From NCBI RefSeq assembly GCF_009914755.1, contig NC_060927.1: a stretch of DNA of 64,000 nucleotides, one strand, 5' to 3'. This document shows, piece by piece, positions 29,992 through 42,882 of the stretch (the stretch's first letter is position 1; each line of letters opens with the position of its first letter). The notes under the pieces were generated by a model. It was not told where the DNA came from, made no database searches, and worked only from the letters and a program-made list of their open reading frames with translations. The stretch is from the human T2T-CHM13v2.0 reference genome, Homo sapiens. Both the position numbers and the translations under genes were made by a program.

Positions 29992-32617
29992 TTTTGAGGG
30001 CAGTTACTGGTACTAAGTAGTGAGAGGGTTCTAACTGAATCTGGCATTTAAAGTGTAGAGTGGAGTGGATTGAGGAGGATAGAAGAGAAAGAGGCAAGGC
30101 CTTCAGAGAAAGCAACCTTTCAAGGAGTTTTACTCCTGCTGTCCAAGGGACTGTCAAATCCAAAATCTATCCAAAGAGAAACCTAAGGTTTATTATGATT
30201 GTCATATTTGATAGGACCCAGACATAAAGTCGAGTGGACCTGTTTGCCCTTCCTCTTTTTTTCTTCCCCTTCGCACTGTAAAACATCACCACCTTTTCTT
30301 CAGTGCTATGATAAGAAGTCCTTACAAAAGCAACAAGTCTCCCACTTCAGCTTCTGTTTTTGACCTCATGCTTTCAGGCCTCACATCTAGAGAAACTAAG
30401 TGGAAAAAAGGTTGTTTTTTTTTTTTTTGGAGGGGAATAAATTATTTGGCAATTTTCTCAAATATTAATCCCTTTTCTTCCCTAAAGTTCCTCCCCTTCC
30501 TACTTCATTTAGGATAGGAGGTGCGTTTCTTTCCCAGAGGTTGAAATGTTTCCTAGGGAAATCTGCCGTATCATGTGATTCTAAAACAGTTTAAAGGCAC
30601 CACATACACTGATTAGGTTTCTCTGAGGAGGAGCCCCAAAGCAGAAATCTCTGGCAAGGATTAGTTCTGGAGGGGTGGTGATGAGCAAATCAGACCAAAG
30701 GAGGGGAGCTCTTGAGGGTCTATGCATGCATTCCTAGGCCTCAACATTTATGGTACTTGAAAGAGCTTGTATCTAACTGTCTTGCTTTTCTGTTTGGTCT
30801 AATTATTAGAATTACTAATATTACAAATGAATGAACATCCCCTTGGGTTCTGACAGGTTGGTTCAAAATCTTGCTCCATCACTTACTGTTTAGTGTCTGT
30901 GAGCCTCAGTTTCTTTATCCGTTATTGTGAGGATTAAATGGGTCAGTGTATGTAAGATGCATACCACAGTACTTGACACATGGTGGGCTTTACGTAAATG
31001 TTTAGGTCCATTTTTTCCATTCCTTTTATAGTTAGTTAACTATGGCAGACCTGAAAAATAATATAAGAAAACTTGGAAAGCTTAGTACTTGAAACATGAG
31101 TGTGTATTTTATTTCTAGTGAATTATTTGGTTTTACTGGATAATTATCAGATTTAATTTAGTAGCCTGTATAATATAAGTGGCATGTTGGTGCTGCTTCT
31201 AACGAGTAAAGAGCTGTTTCAGGTGTTTTGCATTTTGGTGTATATTAGAGTTAGAGAAACCGAGGAGTCATGTAGTCCAGAGGTTCAAACTGGTGGGGCT
31301 GCAGAATCACCTGGGGAGCATGTTCAACCTAGATTCTCAAGTCCTACCCTCAGAGATACTGATTAAATTGATTGGGTTAAAGCTGGAAAATGACATGCAG
31401 ATGAGTCTGATGCAGCATTTGACTATATCCCTTGTATAGATCAGGAAACTAAGGCCCAGCTCACACAGTGTTAGAACCAGGACTTGGTGTTAATTAACTA
31501 AGTTAATTAAGAAACTAAGAAAGTGGTAAAGAATTATTCAACATTTTAATTAATGCACTGGGCTCTGGAGCTTACTAAGACATGGTGCCTGCTCTTAAAG
31601 ACTGCTAGAGGAGACAAACATAACATAAATACTAGTATGAAGTCAAAAATACTGTTTTAGCAATAACAAACAAAGTTACTTTGGAAGCATGACTGAGGAA
31701 GTAGCCGGAGAGAGTCAGGAAGGCTCCTTAGAGGAGGTGGCATTTGATCTGAGCCTTGAAAGGATGAGAAGCCTGCCTGGCAAAGGACAAAGGGAAAGTA
31801 ACACGCAGAAGCGTGGAGTCCTAAAGCATGGTGTGCTTAGAGAAGACAGCATATCCTTTATAGTTGGACCGTGGATTGGAGTTGGGGAGATGAGGCTAAA
31901 AAAGACAGGCTGGGCTGGACACTGAAGGTCTCTGTGCCAGGAATTTTAATATCACATGTGCAAAGGAGGTTTTTGAGCCTGGGTGACTTGTTTAGATAGA
32001 ACTTTTGGACAGATAATTATGGCTTTATTCTGGAGGGAGATTTGGAAAGACAGTGACTAGAAGTTGTGATTATTATTGCTTTCTTTTGTTAGCAACTTGT
32101 GTAATTTAATGAGCCTAATGATAGCAACCTTTCCCTTATCAGAGATTTAGGTTGTTTTTGTTGTTCTGCATAGTACTCTGTGTATGAGGCTTTTTGCCTC
32201 TGTTATTTCTAAGGGTAAGTCTCCAAAAATAGTATTAACAGATCAAAAGATATGATCCACCTAACACCTCAGTATTTTTATTTTTTTACAATAAAGTGTG
32301 TTAATTTTCTGCAATACAAGCAGTATAAAAATAGTTTCACTACATTAATAGCATTTGGTGCTGTTTTAAAGTTATGCTAATTTAGTAGTTTGCTTTAATT
32401 TCCCTTTTTCTGATTAGCAAGAAGGATTTTTTCCTCTGTGTGTACTAGTATTAACTCTATGTAAATTTTAGTATTAATATTTTAATTACCTTTCTCTTTT
32501 CATTTCACAAGTTTTCATATTTCTCAAGTTAAACCGCCAAGTACTTTTTAAAAAGTAAATGTTTGAGAAAGCATTATTACTTTTACAAATACATAAACCT
32601 TATAATCTCTCAGTCTA

Positions 32618-33045
<428 letters not shown>

Positions 33046-33873
33046 TTTCTTTTTAAATTTAAAATTTAAGCAAGTCATGAAGTTTGTGGTGTTCTCATTC
33101 AGAATTGCTTACCTTGATATTGAACTCGATTACATTTATTTAAAACTTAGGTTAAATTAAAGCTACTTTGACTACATGTTTTAAAATTAAAATGATATCA
33201 TACATGGTCACTATTGGAAAACCTGATTTACCTGTAAGCTTACAGTGTCCAGACTTTCCTCAAGGTGATCTTTTCTGTAGTTATCAAAAGCAGTTACTGT
33301 ATTCTTACTGTCATAAGGGATTGAGTTCTGTACTGAGATGGTATAGCTTTATTCTAAGCAATCACAATCTGAATGGATGCTTTTCTTTCTCAAGGTGATC
33401 CAATAAAGCTGTCATTGATTAAGAGGAAAATGCATTTCTTCTCCTTCTTACATATTTTGAGTTTTCTGATTCTAAGTGTCCCCTGCTTCTTGTGTCAGAA
33501 TTTTGTAAGGGGGCCAAGTGAGGGCAGCATAGGCCTTGAAAAGTACCACATGGTCTAGTCAAAAGCACAAGTCAGGCATATTGGACCTCTCCACTATGGC
33601 AGAGTCTGGGTTACTAGCTTGTGGCGTGCCTAAGAATTTAAACTCACCTATTCTGCTTAAGTAGCTGGTCCACTTTAGTGGGCTGGAAGCATCTGGCCAG
33701 TTGCCTGTGGCTACCATTTTGTATCACTGAAAGCGGGATGTGCTATGCTGGCCGACTTGGGCCAATTAGGAATTTTATTTAAAGCTTGATGTAATTAATT
33801 ATATAAATTTGACCTGTTAAATTTGAGGAAGGGTTGTTTCAAAACACTCAATTTTGTACATTAAAAATAATGA

Positions 33874-34175
33874 GGCCAGGCACGGTGGCTCACACCTGTA
33901 ATCCCAACACTTTGGGAAGCTGAGGTGGGCAGATCACTTGAGGCCAGGAATCTGAGACCATTTTGGACAACATAGTGAAACCCGATCTCTACTAAAAATA
34001 CAAAAAATTAGCTGGGCATGGTGGTGGGCATCTGTAATCCCAGCTACTTGGGAGGCTAAGGCAGGAGAATCACTTGAACTTGGGAGGCGGAGGTTTGTAG
34101 TAAGCTGAGATCACACCACTGCATTCCAGCCTGGGAGATAGAGACTGTCTTAAAAAGAAAGAAAAAAAAAAAAAA
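33874..34175 (+). mobile_element. AluS
   Basis: Dimer with A tail. Confidence 0.9.
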
Positions 34176-34445
34176 GTCTCCCTACTATACCCTTAGATAT
34201 ATGCCCTTCCATAGATAAACATGGTTAACAATTTCTTATGTAAACTTCCAGAAACTTCCTATGCATATTAAAGCATATCTATATTAAAATATGTATCTTG
34301 TCTATCCTTTAACAAAATAGAAATGGGGGCCGTTCTACATATACATACTGTTTTATACCCTGCTTTTTGGATTTACTGTCTTACAGCCATCTTTGTATGC
34401 TAGCACATGTAGATGTTCTTCATTCTTTTTAAAAACAATGTTGAG

Positions 34446-34534
34446 TAATGTTACAGCTCTTTTAGAATTTGTCTAGCAGGCTTTCCGGTTCTTGCGGGAA
34501 AGTCCCCCCCAAAAAATATTAAAAAATAAAAAAT
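34446..34534 (+). pseudogene. RNU7: U7 snRNA retrocopy with A-rich tail
   Basis: TAATGTTACAGCTCTTTTAGAATTTGTCTAGCAGGCTTTCCGG...GGAAAGTCC matches U7 (CAGTGTTACAGCTCTTTTAGAATTTGTCTAG...); 15-bp TSD AAAAACAAT(G/A)TTGAG at 34431-34445 and 34535-34549 at a TT/AAAA site. Confidence 0.93.
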
Positions 34535-35395
34535 AAAAACAATATTGAGGATTTTCTAAAATTTTTTTGCTACCTCTAACAATGTTGCAATGTAAATCCT
34601 TGTATATACATGCATCTTTGTGTACTTCCTATCTATTGGTTAAATTTCTAGGGATAGAATTGCTGGGTCAAAAAAGTACTATCACATTATTCCCCAAATT
34701 TGCATGCCAATTTAAAAACCAAGAATTTATGAAAAGTACCTAATCTCTAAATTTTGAAGAATGAAATTAGGATTAAAGCTTCCATATGCACTATACATGT
34801 CTAAACTACAAAAGATACTCACTACTAATACTGGACACCCTCATTTGGCTTGCACACATAATATTTTCTTAAAATGGACCCAAAGGGAAAGAAAATCTAT
34901 CACTTCAGCAAAAGAAATTAGGGCAGTCCCATAGGAGGAAATGCTGATTTTAGGAATTGGTTTAGAATTGGTTTCAAAAATCAGGTGAAATACTTTGCCT
35001 CATAATGATTTTATGTTTGTAAAATTTAAGAAGCCATGTAAATATAAGCATTTATTTCTCTTTAAGTTTGAGCAGGGTATTTTCCTTTTATCCCTTGCAA
35101 ATTAGGCCTTTTCTTAAATCTCCATATCTCTGCCTCTATCTCCATAACAACAATGTCCTCTGAAACCCTGATCCAGGTTCTAGGAACGTGCCATCTAACA
35201 CTGATAGTGTTGGTATGATTAGAATGACTTTTTGTTAGGCAGCTGGATTTTCGATGTTTTTAAAATGATCTGTCTCAACCAGATGCAATAGAAGGGGTGG
35301 CCTGTGGATTATGTGTTTGTCTTCTTCCTTTTGTTGCTGGGTCATTTATATTTAATATTTTGTTTTTCTGATAATCTTAATGAACACCTGTGTAA

Positions 35396-35584
<189 letters not shown>

Positions 35585-36657
35585 TGAGTATCTTTTAAAT
35601 GTTTTAGTAAATATATTTGTCTTTTTTTTTTTTACCATCTTCTATATGAATTAGTATCTATAGAAATGGAACTTCACATTTTAAGAAATTCCTTAGTAAT
35701 GTTCATAAACTTTAATAAATACTTATTTTTCATGAATCACTATAGTCATCTTTACATACAGCATCTTAAATAGTGGGTCCAAGTTATTACCTTGTCTTCC
35801 CTACTGCAGTCTATCTTAACAGAGGAATTCTTGGCATTTTGTGTGTTCTTAGCATTTTGAGCAATTCTTTGTCATTCCTATGTATTGCAAGATGTTCAGC
35901 ATCTCTGTCCTTCAGGTATTAAATGTCAGTAGCAACTCTCAGTCATTGTTACAGCCAAAAACGCTCACAGCTTCAACACTTTTTAAGAGGTCATTAGAAT
36001 TGAGAATCATTAGAACTTCATGAACATTTTTTTCTCTAATGTATCATAAGGATTTGAATAACCTGTTTTGAGGTAAACAAAATTCCTCCCGTCATTTTTA
36101 AATAAAACAATGGAGAAGAGTTGTGGAAGGACACATTTGTCATGTTCTTATTATGTGTCAACTATTCTTTAGTTATTTTGTGTGTCATCTTATGTAAAGA
36201 ATAAGATTAATGAGTATGTGTCAGTGTACCACTTACTATATACCAGCCAATGTTCTAAGTGCTGAGCAAATGAAGTATTAGTAAACAAAACTACCCTGAT
36301 GAAGCTTACATTCTAGGGAGGTGATACAGGCAATAAAAAGAGGAGTAAAATATTCAGTATGTTACACAGTGGTCAGGGCTACAAAGACAAATAAAGCATG
36401 AGCAAAAGAGTGTCTGTGTGTCAGAGTTCAGTTTTAACTAAGGAGCTAGGGAGTGCCCCAGAAGAGATGACATTCATGTGAGGATCTAAAGCTGGTAAAG
36501 GAGCAAGCCACGAAGAACATTTCTGGGGGAAGAGCATTTACAGAGAGAGAGAACGGCAAAGGCAAGTGTCCAGAGGTAGGAGCATGACTGGTATGTTCAA
36601 GAAAAAGCCAGGCAGCCAGTGTGGATGGAATGTGTTGAATCAGAGGGGGAGTTGTAG

Positions 36658-36985
36658 GAAATGAAGTCAGAAAGGTAATGGGGATCATGTAGGACTTTTT
36701 TGCCCTTGTAAGGATTTTGAGTTATTGAGATTGAGAGTTATTTGAAGGTTTTGAGCAGAGGTGTGACAAAATCCAATTAGATATTAGCAAATCATATAGG
36801 CTGCCTTGTTGAGAACAGACAGAAATGAAGTCAGAAGGGTAATGGGGATCATGTAGGACTTTTTTGCCCTTGTAAGGATTTTGAGTTGTTGAGATTGAGA
36901 GTCATTTGAAGGTTTTGAGCAGAGGTGTGACAAAATCTAATTAGATGTTAACAAATCATATAGGCTGCCTTGTTGAGAACAGAAA
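36658..36985 (+). repeat. 164-bp tandem duplication within an L2 fragment
   Basis: 36658-36821 and 36822-36985; seven substitutions counted by eye up to 36984. Confidence 0.95.
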
Positions 36986-37180
36986 GAAAGGCAGCAAGGG
37001 GTTAAACAGTTACAAATAATTTATCTTCCTTAGGGTCTCTTTGTTTAAATTTAAAGTAAGGCATATCAGTACTGTGGAAGTCAACATCATTTTTAAATAA
37101 GGAACTTTTCATGGATTATCAATGTTTTATTTAAATAATTTTGATATAAACAAATGATTCATTTTTGCTAATTTCTTTAA

Positions 37181-37432
<252 letters not shown>

Positions 37433-37674
37433 TAAAAACTTTATATTCTCCTCAGACCATACTAAGTGCATACAATAGATAAGATAGCCAAAGATTATAA
37501 GATTATAAGAATTGAAAAATAGTATTTTTAAATTAAATATAGATTTTTAAAATGTAAGTAATGTATAATAATTGCAAATGTTGAACAAAATTTTTCTGCA
37601 AGGTGTGGAAACATCCCCCATATTTGTGTGTGTATTAATATTCTAGTTTGCTTTTTAATTTGCCTTTTATATAG

Positions 37675-37878
<204 letters not shown>

Positions 37879-38063
37879 TAGAAGCTTGAATGGCAACATA
37901 AAAGTTTTAACAATTCCTAATCTCAGATATTTCTTAAAGCGTAAGTATGCAGGTTCCCTAAGGGCTGTGACTGTCTGACTTTTTTTCACTGCTATATACC
38001 CTAATGTACGGCATCGCATCCAACATAAAGTAAGGATTCAATAAATACTATTGAGAGTGAGAG

Positions 38064-38358
38064 GGCTGGGTGCGGTGGCTCACGCTTGTAATCCCAGCAC
38101 TTTGGGAGGCTGAGGCAAGCACATCATCACTTGAGGTCAGGAGTTTGAGACCAGCCTGGTGAAACCCCATCTCTACTAAAAACACAAAAACTAGCTGAGT
38201 GTGGTGGCACATGCCTGTAGTCCCAGCTACTCAGGAGGCTGAGGCAGGAGAATTGCTTGAACCCAGGAGGTGGAGGTTGCAGTGAGCCAGGATCATGCTA
38301 CTGCACTCCAGCTTGGGTGACAGAGCGAGACTCCACCTCAGAACAAACAAACAAACAA

Positions 38359-38413
<55 letters not shown>
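38064..38413 (+). mobile_element. AluS whose tail has become (AAAC)n(TA)n(CA)22
   Basis: Dimer at 38064-38340; uninterrupted CA run at 38370-38413. Confidence 0.92.
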
Positions 38414-38417
<4 letters not shown>

Positions 38418-38637
38418 ATTATTAAGAATGGGAGATAGTACTGAGATTTTTTTTTTTACTTTTCAGATTCCTCCAATATATAAAATTTCATCTCATAGTT
38501 TTAAAACATGGGAAATATTCAAAATACCCATTCTGTCACTGTAGCTAAAGAATGACTACTAGAATCAGCTCATATTTTTCTGGTTCTTCTTGAAAGTTAT
38601 TCAATACATCAATAATTCAATATATGTTACTATAAAC

Positions 38638-39005
38638 CAGGGGTTGGGACATTTTTTCTGTAAAGGTCCAGATAGTAAATACTTTACACTTTTCAGGCTG
38701 AGACAAAATCAGAGATATTGTAAGCAGTGATACAGTAAGAGAGAAAACAAATTTTCACAAAACTTTTATTGATAAAAGTCAAAATATAACAATAACAGTA
38801 ATAACTTTTTAAATATAGGTCTACTAGTGAAAAGAATGGAGTTCCTTTTGGGAGGGGATAAAATTTCACTTAACTAGAGTTTAAAATTAGTGTTATTATC
38901 AATTGATGATAAATGTTCATCTGTAAAATCTATTCTTAGCTCACAGGCTGTAAAGTCAGGATATGGACCATATTTGGCTTGTGGGTTGTAGTTTGCCAAT
39001 CCCTG
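38638..39005. mobile_element. hAT-Charlie MITE (MER58-like)
   Basis: TIRs CAGGGGTTGG/CCAATCCCTG; perfect 8-bp TSD CTATAAAC at 38630-38637 and 39006-39013. Confidence 0.88.
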
Positions 39006-39229
39006 CTATAAACTAAGGATTCCTAAGACTAATTTTTTTCAATCAAGATAAGCATAAAATTAAATTCATTAAACAAATATGCAGGCTATATTTGTTTTAA
39101 ACAAGTGTTGAATATTATACCATGTAGTAGAAAAACTATAGTCTAATAAAGCATTTAAAGATGTGTTTGTGTCTGTGAATATATTTTTGAACTCTACCTC
39201 ATTTAAATATCGTTTCTGCATATCCTTAG

Positions 39230-39478
<249 letters not shown>

Positions 39479-41130
39479 CCATTTTCTAAATCATGGAGCG
39501 AATAATTTTCAATAACAGATCCAAAAGACTATATTGCATAACTTGCAATGAAATTAATGAGATATATATTGAAATAAAGAATTATGTAAAAGCCATTCTT
39601 TAAAATATTTATAGCATAAATATATGTTATGTAAAGTGTGTATATAGAATTAGTTTTTTAAACCTTCTGTTAGTGGCTTTTTGCAGAAGCAAAACAGATT
39701 AAGTAGATAGATTTTGTTAGCATGCTGCTTGGTTTTCTTACTTAGTGCTTTAAAATGTTTTTTTTTATGTTTAAGAGGGGCAGTTATAAATGGACACATT
39801 GCCCAGAATGTTTTGTAAAATGAAGACCAGCAAATGTAGGCTGATCTCCTTCACAGGATACACTTGAAATATAGAAGTTATGTTTTAAATATCTCTGTTT
39901 TAGGAGTTCACATATAGTTCAGCATTTATTGTTTAGGAGTATAATTTTATTTTATCTAAAATAATAGTCTATTTTTTCTTTTGTATTTTGTTATAATCTT
40001 AAGCAACAAAGAAAAAACCCTAATATTTGAATCTATTTATGTCTTTCAATTTAAATTCACTTCAGTTTTTGTTATTGTAATATATTTACTTTTACATGGT
40101 TATAATCACTTTATATTTTTAATGTTTTTTTCACTTAATATTTTATATATACATTTCCATGTATTGATGTAGTTAGTCCACATTTAAATTTTTATAGAAT
40201 TATATAGTTTTTGAAAAATACAGTCAGTAGATGTTTTATTTTTTAGCTATTCAGTTATGTTTATAAGTTTGCATAGCTACTTCTCGACATTTGGTTTGTT
40301 TTAATTTTTTTGTATCATAATAGTCCTATTTTTTTTTCAAGTTGGAGTGAATGTTTTTAGTTTTAAGATAGATAGGAGACACTTTTTTATCACATGTAGT
40401 CACAACCTGTTTTGTTTTTGTAAAACATAGGAAGTCTCTTTAATGCAATGATTTGTTTTATATTTGGACTAAGGTTCTTGAGCTTATCTCCCAAGGTACT
40501 TTCCATAATTTAACACAGCTTCTATAAAAGTGACTTCATGCTTACTTGTGGATCATTCTTGCTGCTTAAGATGAAAAGCATTGGTTTTTTAAAATTAGAG
40601 AATAAAATATGTATTTAAATTTTTGGTGTGTTCACATAAAGGGATGTAGCTAAAATGTTTTCATAGGCTATTATATATTCTCGCAGCATTTCCAGTTAAG
40701 AGGATATTAGGTATATAATTCTCTTCTTAACCGAATGTCAGATGGTCTTACGCCACAGGGTGCAGGTAACCCTTGGTCTGTAAGCACCACCGATCCAGGG
40801 ATCATTGTCTAAATAGGTTACTATTGTTTGTTTCATCTTGCTTTTGCATTTTTATTTTTTAATTTCCAAATTTTAAGTGTTCCCTCTTTGGGGCAAATTC
40901 TTATAAAAATGTTTATTGTAAAGTTATATATTTTGTCTACGATGGGATTATGCACTTCCCAATTGGGATTTTACATCTGGATTTTTAGTCATTCTAAAAA
41001 ACACCTAATTATTAAAACATTTATAGAGTGCCTACTGTATGCATGAGTTGAGTTGCTTCTGAGGTACATTTTGAATGACAGCATATTGTAAGAAAAAAAA
41101 AGGTGAATAAAATTTGACATTAGATTATAA
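39479..41130 (+). other. TRPC1: TRPC1 3' UTR (AU-rich, about 1.65 kb; end approximate)
   Basis: Repeat-free AU-rich sequence after the stop, with AATAAA at 39573, 40601 and 41106; repeats resume at 41177. Confidence 0.8.
41106..41111 (+). promoter_or_regulatory. TRPC1 distal polyadenylation signal
   Basis: AATAAA followed about 25 nt later by GU/U-rich GTCTGTTCATTGT. Confidence 0.75.
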
Positions 41131-41176
41131 ATGGAGTCTGTTCATTGTATTACCAATTTTAAAAAGTTGAGATATA

Positions 41177-42082
41177 CAGTAGTCCCCCTTTATCTATCTG
41201 CAGTTTCACTTTCCATGGTTTCAGTTACCCACAGTCAATCATAATCTAAAAATATTGAATGAAAAATTCCAGAAATAATTCTTGAAGTTTTTTTTATTTT
41301 TTAGAGACAGAGTGTCTCTTTGCCCAGGCTCACTCTGCAGTGGCATGATCATAGCTCACTGCAGCCTCGAACTCCTGGTCTCAAGCAATCCTCCTGCCTC
41401 AGCCTCCCAAATTGCTGGGATTACAAGTGTTAGCCTCCATGCTCAGACAGTTCTTAAGTTCTAAGTTGTTCACTGTTGTTCTGAGTCACATGATGAAATC
41501 TCATGCCATCCTGCCTGGGCGTGAATCATCCCTTTGTTCAGCATATTCACAGTATACACTATCCACCACTGAATCACTTAGCATCATTCTCTGTTATCAG
41601 ATCGACGGTCATGGCATCCCACTGCTTGTGTAACCCTTGCTTTATGTGTAACCCTAATTTTACTTTATAATGGCCCCAAAGTGCAAGAGTTGTGATGCAG
41701 GCAATTCAAATACGCCAAAGAGAAGCTGTAGCCTGCTTCCTTTAAGTGCAAAGGTGAAAGCTCTTGACTTAAGGAACTTCAGGAAAGAGAAAAAATGTAT
41801 CTGTGGTAACATCTACAGTAAGAACGAATCTTTTGTCTGGGAAATTGTGAAAAAGAAAAAAAAAAATCTGTGCTAATTTTGCTGTTACACCTGAAACTGC
41901 AAAAGTTACAGCCACAGTGTGGGAAGTGCTTAGTTAAGATGTAAAAGGCGTTAAATTTGTGGGTGGACAGTATGAACAGAAACGTGTTCCAGTTGACGGC
42001 AATTGGGCTCAGTAGTATCTGTGGTTTCAGGCATCCACTGGGGTGTTGGAACATATCCCCTGTGGATAAGGGGGGACTACTC
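41177..42082 (+). mobile_element. TcMar-Tigger element (MER44/Tigger7-like) with an Alu monomer inserted at about 41288-41448
   Basis: TIRs CAGTAGTCCCCCTTTATC / GGATAAGGGGGGACTACT, TA TSD; transposase N-terminal remnant MAPKCKSCDAGNSNTPKRS..LPLSAKVKALDL. Confidence 0.85.
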
Positions 42083-42245
42083 TACCATGTTTTGAAATAA
42101 TCTGTCAAAGACCTGTATGTGAACATTTATAGAAGCTATATTCATGGTGTCAAACTGAGAACAACCAAATGTCCATTAACTAGTGACTGGATCAGCAAAT
42201 TGTAAATCCATACAATGACAATTTATTCAGCAGTAAAAAGGAATT

Positions 42246-42882
42246 GTATCAGTCACAATCAGAGAAACAGAGCTACTAGGATATTTGCAGGCACACATGT
42301 ATGTGTGTGTATAGTGATTTGTTTACAGGGATCTGACATTACACAACTGTTGGAGTTGGTAAGCAGTCTCTGTAAGTCCCTGTTTTTTTATCTAATGCTG
42401 GAGCAGAGCTGGAAGTCCACAGGGTAGGCAGGTGGGAAGAAAAGATGGATGTCAAGTGGGAGAGATCAGGGACAAGCTAGAACCCATGAAGACAGACCGA
42501 GTCCCATGTGACTCCTCACATCTCCAACCTTATGATGTGGTACCCTGTTGGAGAAGTGTTGCCCTTTGCCACTTGCTTTTGCAAGTATGTTACTAAACAC
42601 TCACTTGGCCCAGGAATCAAGAGAAGCTGAAGCAGGATCCAAGGAAAGGTGGGTCAACTGTAGGCCTGGCTGCTGCCCCACATTAGCAAAGTGAACCAGC
42701 AGATAAGTTACAGCACGTGTGAGCTGCAGAAGTGCCCGCATCAAGAACAAAACGGCTGCTGCTTCACTTCTGCTCTCCAGTCTTGCACTAAAATGTCTCT
42801 TGTAACTGGAAGCATACAAGAAAGGGAATTTTGGGAAACATAATTAGGCCTAGCCAAGTTGATACATTATAAAGCCACCACA
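42246..42882. mobile_element. ERVL-type LTR (MLT2-like) inside an old L1 3' end (about 42085-43150)
   Basis: TG...CA termini; flanks carry L1 3' motifs (CAACCAAATGTCCATTAAC; AGTGAAAGAAGCCAG). Confidence 0.5.

Noticed and set aside
33250-33410. Repeated CTCAAGGTGATC, an acceptor-like site and a nearby AATAAA
   Set aside because: A 12-bp match is plausible by chance, and the AATAAA is too close to the AG to define a credible terminal exon
41091-41101. A-run just before the distal TRPC1 AATAAA as a separate poly(A) site
   Set aside because: Genomic A tract that would cause oligo-dT internal priming artefacts
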